Source of the DNA: a bacterium
GTDB lineage: Bacteria; CLD3; SB21
NCBI GenBank assembly: GCA_008933615.1
Contig: WBUR01000002.1
Span: 28,372-92,371, forward strand
Length of the DNA stretch: 64,000 bases
Direction: 5' to 3'
Numbering within the stretch: position 1 is the stretch's first letter; every line of letters starts with the position of its first letter. Shown here in pieces: positions 23,255 to 32,502 of the stretch. The notes under the pieces were generated by a model. That model worked only from the letters and a program-made list of their open reading frames with translations, was not told the origin of the DNA and did no database searches. Both the position numbers and the translations under genes were made by a program.

Positions 23255-24100
23255 ATGCTTCAAAAAACTTTTAAGTTGTTCAATAAAAAACAGGAACCCA
23301 TACGGGGCGATGTCTGTATTCCCGATCTGAATCGCAGGTATCCAATCGTTATTATCTGCCACGGTTTTAAGGGATTTAAGGACTGGGGTTTCTTCCCCTA
23401 CGTCGCTGAAATGCTCTGCAAGCGAGGGTTCATTGTTGTTAAATTTAATTTTTCAGGAAGCGGGATCGGCGAAGATCTTATGAATTTCACGGAATTGGAT
23501 AAATTCGCATCCAATACGTACACTCAGGAACTTGAAGATCTGGAGAAAATTCTAGACGAACTCGAACGAGGGAACGTTTGCGGTAATTCAGGTTATCTCG
23601 ACAGAATCGGTATTTTGGGGCACAGCCGTGGCGGCGGAATGGCTATTTTAAAGGCGTCCTACGACAAGCGCGTAAAGGCCCTGGTAACATGGTCGGCTAT
23701 TTCTACCGTAGAGCGTCAGTCGTTCTTAGATGTACTTCCGCAATGGAAACGGCAGACGTATATTGAAATTCCGAATATGAGAACCGGCGAAAAGATGCGG
23801 CTCAATATGAATATCGTAGAAGATATCGAAAGAAACGCGAAATCACGGCTGAATATTTCCAGATCGGCTTCGAAATTGGATGTTCCTTACATGGTTATCC
23901 ATGGTGAAAAAGACGAAAGCGTGCCTGTAAGTGAAGCGCGCAATATTTTCCAGGAGTTACATTTATCCAGAATCAGACTTGAAATCATTCCGAACGCGAC
24001 GCATACCTACGGCTGTGTCCATCCTTTTGATGGCCCCACGCCGGAGCTTAAAAAAGCTTTTTCACTGACGCATGAATGGTTCAGCAATTTTTTAAAGTAA
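23255..24100 (+). CDS. Alpha/beta-hydrolase-fold protein (dienelactone-hydrolase-like)
   Basis: Nucleophile elbow GHSRGGG. …IHGEKDESVP… and a late His are consistent with a Ser-Asp-His triad. Start at the ATG after the def stop; the ORF track start overlaps def. Confidence 0.65.
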   Translation: MLQKTFKLFNKKQEPIRGDVCIPDLNRRYPIVIICHGFKGFKDWGFFPYVAEMLCKRGFIVVKFNFSGSGIGEDLMNFTELDKFASNTYTQELEDLEKILDELERGNVCGNSGYLDRIGILGHSRGGGMAILKASYDKRVKALVTWSAISTVERQSFLDVLPQWKRQTYIEIPNMRTGEKMRLNMNIVEDIERNAKSRLNISRSASKLDVPYMVIHGEKDESVPVSEARNIFQELHLSRIRLEIIPNATHTYGCVHPFDGPTPELKKAFSLTHEWFSNFLK

Positions 24101-24103
24101 ATT

Positions 24104-24751
24104 ATGATTATTGATATAGAAACGGTCGGCCCTTTTCAGGAAAATTGTTATATCATCGGCGATGAGAAAACCATGGCTGGCGCTATTATCGATCCGGGCG
24201 ATGAAGCCGATCGAATTCTTAAAACAGCAAAAAAAACCGGGCTGCAATTTAAATATATACTCAACACCCACGCGCATATTGACCACGTTTGCGGAGTTCA
24301 GGAGGTCAAAGACGCGCTGCAAATCCCTTTCTATCTCCACAAAGACGATTTAGTTCTTTTACAGAACCTTCCGAAGCAAGCCGCTATGTTTGGAATATTT
24401 GTTGATCGTGTGCCCGAAGTTGACTTTTTCTACGGTACGGAAACGCAAATTCAGATTGGCGGTCTCACGGCGCAGATTTTTCACACACCGGGACATTCTC
24501 CCGGCGGTGTATGTCTTTATTTCAAGTCGGAAAATATTGTTTTCGGCGGGGATGTGTTGTTCAACGGATCGATCGGGCGAACGGATTTGTACGGCGGCGA
24601 TTACGACACATTAATCAATGTAATTCGTGAGAAACTTTTTATACTTCCCGATGAAACTTTAGTTTACCCCGGACATGGCCCTGTTACTTCTATAGGCCAC
24701 GAGAAGAGATATAATCCGTTCTTGAGTGGTGAATCGGGGCAGTTTGCATAG
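24104..24751 (+). CDS. MBL-fold metallo-hydrolase (hydroxyacylglutathione-hydrolase-like)
   Basis: THAHIDHVCG (HxHxDH) and downstream HTPGHSPG and D…H motifs. Confidence 0.8.
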   Translation: MIIDIETVGPFQENCYIIGDEKTMAGAIIDPGDEADRILKTAKKTGLQFKYILNTHAHIDHVCGVQEVKDALQIPFYLHKDDLVLLQNLPKQAAMFGIFVDRVPEVDFFYGTETQIQIGGLTAQIFHTPGHSPGGVCLYFKSENIVFGGDVLFNGSIGRTDLYGGDYDTLINVIREKLFILPDETLVYPGHGPVTSIGHEKRYNPFLSGESGQFA

Positions 24752-24780
24752 GTTAATCAGAAAAACTTAAGGTCTACCAA

Positions 24781-25284
24781 ATGTCAACAGATAAAACAGA
24801 CGTTGCGCTCAGCCCAGTAAAACGCCTCGTATCCAAACGAGATATAGGCATTGAGGCGTTTGAATTAGAAAACGGCAATGTGATGCTGGAAGCGACTTTT
24901 TTGGATCCGTATCATTTGATACGATTAAATATTCAGGTGGATCCGCGCACCCGCACTATCGTTGCCGCAAAAAGTCAAATGGCGAACCATCCGCACTCCA
25001 TTTGCCCTAGCGTGACCGAGAAGGCAAAACTTCTGACAGGACTTGTTATAGAGCGAGGTATTACAAAAGAGATTTCCAAACGCATTGGCGGGAGCGAGGG
25101 ATGTGTTCATTTGCGTGAACTCGCGTTCGAAACGGTTAATTTCGCCGCAACCGTCATGATGGGGTATGATGAAGGCTTTGGTCTTATGAGCAGAGAATTT
25201 AATATTCTTGACGAAAAAAAGCGTTTTGATCTGTCAAAACAAATTCTAAAAAACACCTGTCATGTGTACAAAGCAGACGAATAG
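24781..25284 (+). CDS. DUF2889-family protein
   Basis: Matches the DUF2889 pattern as I remember it (…DPRTRTIVAAKSQMANHPHSICPSV…GGSEGCVHLRELA…). Flanked by MBL-fold genes. Confidence 0.5.
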   Translation: MSTDKTDVALSPVKRLVSKRDIGIEAFELENGNVMLEATFLDPYHLIRLNIQVDPRTRTIVAAKSQMANHPHSICPSVTEKAKLLTGLVIERGITKEISKRIGGSEGCVHLRELAFETVNFAATVMMGYDEGFGLMSREFNILDEKKRFDLSKQILKNTCHVYKADE

Positions 25285-25308
25285 GTCATTAGTGGGGAAG
25301 AGAACCAT

Positions 25309-26157
25309 ATGAGAATTGGAACATATACTGTTCATCCTATAGAAACAGGTAGATTCGCATTGGACGGAGGAGCCATGTTCGGCGTGGTTCCAAAGAATCT
25401 ATGGAACAAAACCAATCCTGCGGACGACCAGAATCGCATTAGTCTGGCCATGCGCTGCTTATTGCTGATCGCTGACGACGGCAGAAAAATTCTCTTTGAT
25501 AACGGTTTGGGACACAAATACCATGACAAATTCGCCTCTATTTACCGTGTGGATCATTCGCAATTCACTTTAGAGAAATCCTTGTCACAACTGGGGCTCA
25601 CAACGGATGATATTACGGATGCAGTTCTAACTCACTTGCATTTTGACCACGCCGGAGGCTCTACAAAAACCGATACCGTTGGAAAGGTCGAACCCACATT
25701 CAAAAATGCGAAGTATTATGTGCAAAAAAAACATTATGAATATGGACTGAACGCGAGCGAGAAAGACCGTGCGAGTTTTTTGAAACCGGATTTCATGCCG
25801 CTTATGGAATCTAAAAAACTGAATTTAGTCACCGATGCAGATTCTTTGTTTGATAACGTTTCTTTTTTTATTGCGCATGGCCATTCGCCATATCAGCAAT
25901 TGCCTATTATTTCAGACGGAACAACGACCATCTTTTTTTGCGGGGATTTGATGCCGACAAAAACGCATGTATCTGTTCCGTACGTCATGGCTTACGATAA
26001 TCAGCCTCTGGTAACCATCGATGAAAAAAAGAAAATACTCTCGCAAGCCGTTGAAGGTAAATGGGCTTTGTTTTTCGAACACGATCCGGACACGGCTATG
26101 GGAACTGTGATCAGTGATGAAAAAGGATATAGATTTGATGAAAAAATTGATTTTTAA
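25309..26157 (+). CDS. MBL-fold metallo-hydrolase
   Basis: THLHFDHAGG motif. Further His/Asp ligands downstream. Confidence 0.75.
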   Translation: MRIGTYTVHPIETGRFALDGGAMFGVVPKNLWNKTNPADDQNRISLAMRCLLLIADDGRKILFDNGLGHKYHDKFASIYRVDHSQFTLEKSLSQLGLTTDDITDAVLTHLHFDHAGGSTKTDTVGKVEPTFKNAKYYVQKKHYEYGLNASEKDRASFLKPDFMPLMESKKLNLVTDADSLFDNVSFFIAHGHSPYQQLPIISDGTTTIFFCGDLMPTKTHVSVPYVMAYDNQPLVTIDEKKKILSQAVEGKWALFFEHDPDTAMGTVISDEKGYRFDEKIDF

Positions 26158-26183
26158 TGTCGGGCTGAACACACGGTAATTAT

Positions 26184-26906
26184 ATGATTGGTCAGAAGAC
26201 TGTAAGTGCGATCATTCCATCGGCCGGCGTCGGCAAAAGAATGCAGGGTAAGGTTCCGGGCGGAGTGGGCAAACAATTTGTGTCTCTGCATAACAAACCG
26301 TTGATAAGTTACACGCTGGAAAAATTTGATAAGTCAAAATACGTCGATGAAATCATAGTCGTGTGCGCGGCTGAAGCTATCTCGTATATGAAAAAAGAAG
26401 TTTTGAATCCAAATCATTTTTCACGAATAATTAAGATCGTACCCGGAGGAAAAGAACGCCAGGACAGTGTTTACGAAGGGTTTAAAGGAATTGAGCACGC
26501 GGATATTGTGTTGGTTCATGACGGCGTTAGGCCATTTGTGAGAACAAGCCGAATTGATCAATTGATCGAGGTTTGCAGTACCGTCGGAGCGGCCGTTCTT
26601 GCTGTAAGGCCGAAGGATACTGTGAAATCACAGGATAATGAACAGTATATAGAAAAAACATTGGATCGTTCAACATTATGGAATATTCAAACGCCGCAGG
26701 CATTCGATTATGGGATGCTGAAAGAAGCTTACGAAAGCGCCAATCGTTCAGGGTTCTATGGTACCGATGAAGCCATGCTGGTTGAAAAAATCGGGCGTCG
26801 AATTAAATTGGTTGAAGGCGATTATGAAAACATCAAAATTACAACGCCCGATGATTTGAATTATGCGGAATTTATATTGGCCAACGAACTAAAACAATTA
26901 GTTTGA
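26184..26906 (+). CDS. ispD: 2-C-methyl-D-erythritol 4-phosphate cytidylyltransferase
   Basis: …AIIPSAGVGKRM…KQFVSLHNKPLISYTLE… N-terminus. …VLVHDGVRPFV… and …IQTPQAF… motifs. Confidence 0.85.
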   Translation: MIGQKTVSAIIPSAGVGKRMQGKVPGGVGKQFVSLHNKPLISYTLEKFDKSKYVDEIIVVCAAEAISYMKKEVLNPNHFSRIIKIVPGGKERQDSVYEGFKGIEHADIVLVHDGVRPFVRTSRIDQLIEVCSTVGAAVLAVRPKDTVKSQDNEQYIEKTLDRSTLWNIQTPQAFDYGMLKEAYESANRSGFYGTDEAMLVEKIGRRIKLVEGDYENIKITTPDDLNYAEFILANELKQLV

Positions 26907-26979
26907 CATTGCGGTATTCATTTCATTAAGTTTTTATTACTTATAAGCTTTACTAAGTTTTTTAACACAGGAGGAGCGT

Positions 26980-27489
26980 ATGGACGAATATAAAGAGTAT
27001 ATGAAAAAAGGCCGTGAGTTTTTCGTTCAGCAGGATTACCGAAAGGCGTATGAGTTTTTTAATGCCGCGCTGGACATGGTCAAAGAACTCAAAGAAGAGG
27101 ATGACAAAAAAAGTCATTATTATATAACTCAAGAATGTGTATTTGATTCATTGGAGAAAATGCAGGATTACAAAAGCGCTTTATCACGAATAGAAGAAGT
27201 TATTACGGAGGAAAAAGCCAAAGGCGAAAATGCTACCGTAAAACATATTGCTCACTTCATGCAGCGCAAGGCGTGCCTGGAAATTAAGAACGGGAATAGC
27301 CGTCCAGGGGTTAAGTTGGCAGGGGAAGCATATGATCTCAGCTTCAAGACAAAAGAACAGACTAATTGTGAAATTGCGGCAAAAATATGGAACGAACATC
27401 AACGAGGCTCTAAAGTAACAGTCGAGTATTTGGAATACTGGCAAAAGCACCACAACTATTGGGTTGCCGATAAAGACTTACCTATATAA
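26980..27489 (+). CDS. Hypothetical cytoplasmic protein
   Basis: Coding-like charged ORF with no recognisable family. Followed by a strong terminator. Confidence 0.45.
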   Translation: MDEYKEYMKKGREFFVQQDYRKAYEFFNAALDMVKELKEEDDKKSHYYITQECVFDSLEKMQDYKSALSRIEEVITEEKAKGENATVKHIAHFMQRKACLEIKNGNSRPGVKLAGEAYDLSFKTKEQTNCEIAAKIWNEHQRGSKVTVEYLEYWQKHHNYWVADKDLPI

Positions 27490-27511
27490 TTTTTGCAGAT
27501 TGCGTAATATT

Positions 27512-27546
27512 AAATCCGTTCCGGTTTTGGAGCGGATTTTTTTTTG
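27512..27546 (+). terminator. Rho-independent terminator
   Basis: AAATCCGTTCC-ggtttt-GGAGCGGATTT forms an 11-bp stem with one G-U pair. It is followed by a T8 tract. Confidence 0.75.
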
Positions 27547-27676
27547 CTGTTACCGTACCGAACCCAGTTGTTCATTCAAAGAAATTCTTGATTATTCATA
27601 GTAGGATGACTATATTTGGCACCAACAAAATTTGTTGGATAAACATACAACTTAGATTTTTTATCACGAGGATATT

Positions 27677-28819
27677 ATGGATTTCAAATTGAGCGATGAG
27701 CAAGAAATGATCAGGCAAACTGCACGGGATTTCGCACAGGAGCACTTGGCTCCGCATGCGGCGGAACGTGATGAAAAACAGTTTTTCCCAAAAGAAGTTA
27801 TTAAACAGATGGGCGAACTTGGATTTTTGGGCATGATGGTAGGCGAAAAATGGGGAGGTTTTGCCTCAGATTCCATTTCATACGTACAAGTAATAATCGA
27901 ACTTGCAAAAGCCGATGCTTCCGCCGCGGTCATAGCTTCGGTTAATAACTCCCTTGTTTGTTTTAACATTGAAAAGTATGGTACGGATATCCAGAAAGAG
28001 AAATATCTCAAACCTCTCGCGTCCGGACAAGCGCTCGGTGCGTATTCCTTATCGGAGGCGGTCTCGGGAAGCGACGCTGCAGGTTTGATTTGTTATGCGG
28101 AGAACAAAGGCGATCATTATCTGGTAAATGGAACTAAACTATGGGTAACGAATGGCCACCATTCAGATTATGTTGTGTGTTTTATTAGAACCGATAAGTC
28201 AAACAAAACAAAGGGTATAAGTGCATTTATAGTAGATAAAGCTTTCCCTGGGTTTAAAGTTGGCAAAAAAGAGAATAAACTGGGTATTCGCGCTTCCGAC
28301 ACGACGGAACTTGTGTTTGAAAATTGCAAAGTTCCAAAGGAAAATCTTCTGGGCCAAGAGGGTATGGGTTTTAAGATTGCCATGGAAACGCTGGACGGCG
28401 GTCGAATCGGAATAGCCGCGCAAGCGATAGGCATCGCGGAAGCCGCTCTTGATGAATCCGTTAAGTATACCAAAGCGCGGGAGCAGTTCGGCCAGCCGAT
28501 TGCAAAATTCCAGGCAAATGAATTTAAAATCGCAGACATGGCCATGCGTATTGACGCTTCCAAGCTGCTGCTTTACCGCGCCTGCTGGCTGAAAGATCAA
28601 GGCCAAAAATTCGGCAAAGAAGCGGCGATGGCTAAATTGTTTGCTTCTGAAACGGCAATGTGGGCAACGACCGAAGCCGTACAGATGCACGGGGGTTATG
28701 GTTATACAAAAGAATACCCTGTAGAACGTTTCATGCGCGACGCAAAAATAACTGAAATTTACGAAGGCACGTCGGAAATTCAGCGCATTGTAATCGCCCG
28801 TAATGTTTTGAACTGGTAG
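27677..28819 (+). CDS. Acyl-CoA dehydrogenase (short/branched-chain type)
   Basis: Full-length ACAD architecture: …LGFLGMMVGEKWGG…, YSLSEAVSGSDAAG, …GIAAQAIGIAEAAL…, and the C-terminal …QMHGGYGYTKEYPVERFMRDAKITEIYEGTSEIQR. Confidence 0.9.
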   Translation: MDFKLSDEQEMIRQTARDFAQEHLAPHAAERDEKQFFPKEVIKQMGELGFLGMMVGEKWGGFASDSISYVQVIIELAKADASAAVIASVNNSLVCFNIEKYGTDIQKEKYLKPLASGQALGAYSLSEAVSGSDAAGLICYAENKGDHYLVNGTKLWVTNGHHSDYVVCFIRTDKSNKTKGISAFIVDKAFPGFKVGKKENKLGIRASDTTELVFENCKVPKENLLGQEGMGFKIAMETLDGGRIGIAAQAIGIAEAALDESVKYTKAREQFGQPIAKFQANEFKIADMAMRIDASKLLLYRACWLKDQGQKFGKEAAMAKLFASETAMWATTEAVQMHGGYGYTKEYPVERFMRDAKITEIYEGTSEIQRIVIARNVLNW

Positions 28820-28837
28820 ATCAATATCGCCGGAGAA

Positions 28838-29953
28838 TTGAGAATGATAAATACGTTTGAATTGATGGAAGAGAAAGAACACGAAGAGGTTGTGTTTTTC
28901 AGCGATAAAAAAAGCGGATTGAAAGCGATCGTAGCAATTCATAATACCACTTTAGGTCCTGCTCTGGGCGGGTGCAGAATGTACCCGTATACATCAACTG
29001 AACAAGCTTTGACAGATGTGTTGCGCTTATCTCGCGGAATGACTTACAAAGCCGCTGTAGCCGGTCTTAATCTCGGAGGCGGAAAATCGGTAATTATCGC
29101 CGATCCGAAAAAAAATAAAAATGAAATTCTATTCAGGGCATTTGGTCGATTTATTCAAGGCCTTGGCGGACGATATATTACCGCCGAAGATGTCGGGACA
29201 TGCGTGACCGATATGGAATGGGTCCGAATGGAAACAAAATACGTTACCGGAATATCGCGTGCATTAGGCGGCAGCGGAGACCCTTCGCCCGTCACGGCTC
29301 TGGGTACGTATCGCGGTATGAAAGCTTGCGTTGAAAAAGTGTTCGGGACGCAGTCATTAAAAGGATTGCGTGTCGCTATTCAGGGATTGGGCCATGTAGG
29401 TTATTATCTTGTGCGCCATCTTCACGATGAGGGCGCCAAACTGATTGTGAACGATATCGACAATGAAAGAGTAAAAAAAGTTGTTAATGAATTTGGCGCG
29501 GAATATGTCGACGCGGATAAAATTTATTCCGTAGATGCGGATATTTTCGCTCCGTGCGCACTGGGCGCCATTGTAAACGACCAGACCATACCGCAATTTA
29601 AGTTCAAGATCATTGCTGGAGCCGCTAATAACCAGCTTGCCGACGAAGCCAAACACGGCCAAATGTTGATCGAAAAAAAAATAGTTTACGCGCCGGATTA
29701 TGTTATCAATTCAGGCGGCTTGATCAACGTATATAATGAGTTGGAAGGGTACAATCAGGAGAAAGCCCTTTCCCAGGCGAAGGGTATTTACGAAATTGTA
29801 AAGATAATATTGGATCTGGCGGAAAAAGAAAATATTCCGACCTACGTAGCATCTAACAAAATAGCCGAAGATCGTATGAATAGTATTGGCCGAATAAAGC
29901 AGACGTATGTCAGAAAATCCGAAACGGTGATGCGCAGATTAGAAAGTTTCTAG
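28838..29953 (+). CDS. Leu/Phe/Val (Glu/Leu/Phe/Val-family) amino-acid dehydrogenase
   Basis: …GPALGGCRMYPY…, AGLNLGGGKSVI and the Rossmann GxGxxG (IQGLGHVGYYL). Adjacent to an ACAD, suggesting branched-chain amino-acid catabolism. Confidence 0.85.
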   Translation: MRMINTFELMEEKEHEEVVFFSDKKSGLKAIVAIHNTTLGPALGGCRMYPYTSTEQALTDVLRLSRGMTYKAAVAGLNLGGGKSVIIADPKKNKNEILFRAFGRFIQGLGGRYITAEDVGTCVTDMEWVRMETKYVTGISRALGGSGDPSPVTALGTYRGMKACVEKVFGTQSLKGLRVAIQGLGHVGYYLVRHLHDEGAKLIVNDIDNERVKKVVNEFGAEYVDADKIYSVDADIFAPCALGAIVNDQTIPQFKFKIIAGAANNQLADEAKHGQMLIEKKIVYAPDYVINSGGLINVYNELEGYNQEKALSQAKGIYEIVKIILDLAEKENIPTYVASNKIAEDRMNSIGRIKQTYVRKSETVMRRLESF

Positions 29954-30009
29954 TTCCATTTGATTAACATATTCAACTTGCAAGTTGAAAAAGGTCTTTC
30001 TCAATTCTT

Positions 30010-30501
30010 ATGAATCCTCTGTTGCTTGACGAATTAAAACCCGGCAATCATACCCCTAAGAGCAGCCGCAGAGAAGCGCGTGAAACGGTTCTTCAGGTAT
30101 TATATGCCTATGAATTTTCTCAGGATCCTATCAATAAAATCGTCGAAGATGTTTGCGGCCCTTTTACAGATCAGACCATGGCGTTCATTAAGAAATTGGT
30201 CGCATGTGCCGTTAAGCATCGTGAGGTTCTTGACAATCACATCAAATCACGTACCCAAAATTGGGATTTTGAACGAATTGCGATGATTGACCGTTTGCTG
30301 TTGCGTATCGGAATTTGTGAATTCTTACATTTTGAAGATATCCCGCCCAAAGTTTCGATAAACGAAGTCATCGAAATCAGCAAGCGTTATAGTACCGACA
30401 AAAGCAGCAAATTCGTTAACGGCATTTTGGATTCAGTATACGAGGATCTCAAATTAGCCGGACGAATAACCAAGGCGGGCAGAGGCGTCATAGAAGAATA
30501 A
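30010..30501 (+). CDS. nusB: Transcription antitermination factor NusB
   Basis: …REARETVLQVLYAYEF… and …FERIAMIDRLLLRIGICEF… are NusB hallmarks. N-terminal extension of about 20 aa. Confidence 0.85.
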   Translation: MNPLLLDELKPGNHTPKSSRREARETVLQVLYAYEFSQDPINKIVEDVCGPFTDQTMAFIKKLVACAVKHREVLDNHIKSRTQNWDFERIAMIDRLLLRIGICEFLHFEDIPPKVSINEVIEISKRYSTDKSSKFVNGILDSVYEDLKLAGRITKAGRGVIEE

Positions 30502-30530
30502 AACTTTGATATGGACGAAAAACCGTTGTC

Positions 30531-30564
30531 AGCTTGTTCATATTCGTGAATAAGCTTTTTTTAT
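30531..30564 (+). terminator. Probable rho-independent terminator after nusB
   Basis: AGCTTGTTCA-tattcg-TGAATAAGCT stem with one G-U pair. Followed by TTTTTTAT, ending immediately before the next start codon. Confidence 0.45.
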
Positions 30565-31158
30565 ATGAATAACCATTTGATTGATATCGCGCAAATCGTA
30601 GCAGTTTCCGAGGTTAATGGACCTGGGAAACGAGCGGTAATCTGGGTACAGGGCTGCCATAAGCGTTGCCCAGGCTGCTGGAATCAAGATTACTTAGAGT
30701 TCAGCAGTGTTTGGCAGCTTACAGCGCAGAATCTTTTTGATACTGTAAAACAAATGACCGCAGATTTTGTAGCTATTGAAGGAATAACTTTCAGCGGGGG
30801 TGAACCGTTTGCCCAAGCCGAAACTCTAGCGGATGCAGCTGCTTTGTTCAAGGAAAATGATCTGACTATCATGAGTTACTCCGGATATACGCTGGAAGAA
30901 ATACAACGAAAAGATAAAAGTCAATCTAAGCTCCTTGCCGTTTTGGATATTTTGGTGGATGGCGAATATGTTAAGGAGCAGCATTGTGACCGTTTGTGGC
31001 GCAGTTCACTCAATCAAAAAGTACACTTTTTATCGGATCATTATAAATCGTATGAAGATTCGATCAACGCAGACGTTCGTGAATATGAGGTTGTTTTATC
31101 TGCGAACGAGACGCGTATTACTGGATTTCCAAAAGCTGAATTAATAACAAAAAGTTAA
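30565..31158 (+). CDS. Radical-SAM activating enzyme of the anaerobic RNR activase (NrdG-like) / 4Fe-4S single-cluster family
   Basis: …VNGPGKRAVIWVQGCHKRCPGCWN… carries the Cx3Cx2C cluster motif and closely resembles the NrdG N-terminus. GxE-type SAM motif …FSGGEPF…. No cognate glycyl-radical enzyme in the window. Confidence 0.65.
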   Translation: MNNHLIDIAQIVAVSEVNGPGKRAVIWVQGCHKRCPGCWNQDYLEFSSVWQLTAQNLFDTVKQMTADFVAIEGITFSGGEPFAQAETLADAAALFKENDLTIMSYSGYTLEEIQRKDKSQSKLLAVLDILVDGEYVKEQHCDRLWRSSLNQKVHFLSDHYKSYEDSINADVREYEVVLSANETRITGFPKAELITKS

Positions 31159-31217
31159 ATTGGTTTTTCGTTGCCGATACCGTGGGCGTCATGCAAAGTA
31201 AACATTTGGACTAGCGG

Positions 31218-32483
31218 ATGGACCTTTCAAAGAAGTTAAAAAATATTACGGATGAAACAATCCGGCTGATGGCTATAGTTGAAATTGGTAAACTGCTGAA
31301 TTCGACGCTGGACTTAAATAAGATCCTCGAAATTATTTTAGATACGGCCATAAAGAACCTGAATGCCGATCGGGGGACCGTTTATTTGATTGATCATGAA
31401 AAAAAACAATTGTGGTCGAAGGTACTGCAAGGCGATAGCATTGTTGAAGTGCGTTTAGCGCTTGGTCAGGGAATTGCAGGCTTTGTTGCCCAAACAGGAA
31501 AAAAAATTATTTTAAAGGACGCTTATAAAGACCCGCGATTCAACCCCGATTTTGACAAAAAAACGGGTTACGTGACAAAAAGCATACTGTGTATGCCTAT
31601 GAAAAACCGCAAGGGACAAATGATCGGCGTCTTTCAGATTCTCAATAAAAAGACCGGTTTTTTTAATGTTGACGACACAAAGTTTCTTGACACCTTATCC
31701 GTAGACGCTTGTATTGCAATTGAGAACGCGCGTCTTTACGAAGAAGCCATCGAAAAAGAACGAATGGAAAAGGAACTTGAAGTTGCGGCCACAATTCAGG
31801 AAATGATAATTCCGAAAGAGATTGTTCAGCAAGAGGGCTATGAAATTGCGGGTTTCAATGTACCGAGCAAACAAGTTGGTGGCGATTTCTATGATGTTGT
31901 CTATCTTCCGAACGGTAATACTGCGCTAATCATAGCCGATGTTTCCGGCAAGAGTATCCCGGGAGCCTTACTGGTGTCGACATTGCAAGCGTCGTTGCGC
32001 GCATACCTGGAAAGTGACTTTGAACTTGAAAAACTTGTTACAAAGTTAAATCGCATCATACTGAAAAATTCGACTGCAGATAAATATATTACTTTTTTTA
32101 TCGGAATTCTTGACCCCAAAACCCATACTTTGAAATCCGTCAATGCAGGCCATAATCCGCCGCTTATTTGCCGAAACGGAACTATCAAGAAACTTACGGT
32201 CGGCGGTATTCCGCTGGGTATGTATCCGTATGACCAATATGAATCGGAGGAAACTCAATTAGGGCCCAATGACGTTGTCGTTATGTTTACAGATGGGGTT
32301 ACGGAAGCGGCCGACAAGGATGACGAATTTTACGATGATAACAGGCTGGAACAATGCGTTTTAAAGAACGCTCAATTACATGCCGATAAATTGAAACAGG
32401 TTATTTTCGACGATGTGAAAGAGTTTGTTGGCGAAGCCGAACAATCGGATGACATAACGATGCTCTTATTAAGAAAAAAATAG
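31218..32483 (+). CDS. GAF-domain PP2C-type (SpoIIE/RsbU-like) serine phosphatase
   Basis: N-terminal GAF (…DRGTVYLID…GIAGFVAQTGK…), then a PPM phosphatase domain (…GGDFYDV…IADVSGKS…FTDGVTEA…DDITML). Confidence 0.8.
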   Translation: MDLSKKLKNITDETIRLMAIVEIGKLLNSTLDLNKILEIILDTAIKNLNADRGTVYLIDHEKKQLWSKVLQGDSIVEVRLALGQGIAGFVAQTGKKIILKDAYKDPRFNPDFDKKTGYVTKSILCMPMKNRKGQMIGVFQILNKKTGFFNVDDTKFLDTLSVDACIAIENARLYEEAIEKERMEKELEVAATIQEMIIPKEIVQQEGYEIAGFNVPSKQVGGDFYDVVYLPNGNTALIIADVSGKSIPGALLVSTLQASLRAYLESDFELEKLVTKLNRIILKNSTADKYITFFIGILDPKTHTLKSVNAGHNPPLICRNGTIKKLTVGGIPLGMYPYDQYESEETQLGPNDVVVMFTDGVTEAADKDDEFYDDNRLEQCVLKNAQLHADKLKQVIFDDVKEFVGEAEQSDDITMLLLRKK

Positions 32484-32502
32484 ACGTGTAAAGGGGGGGA
32501 TT

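Noticed and set aside
28199-28942. 247-aa minus-strand ORF
   Set aside because: Antisense to the well-supported acyl-CoA dehydrogenase gene, with no motifs. Long antisense ORFs are expected opposite coding sequence.
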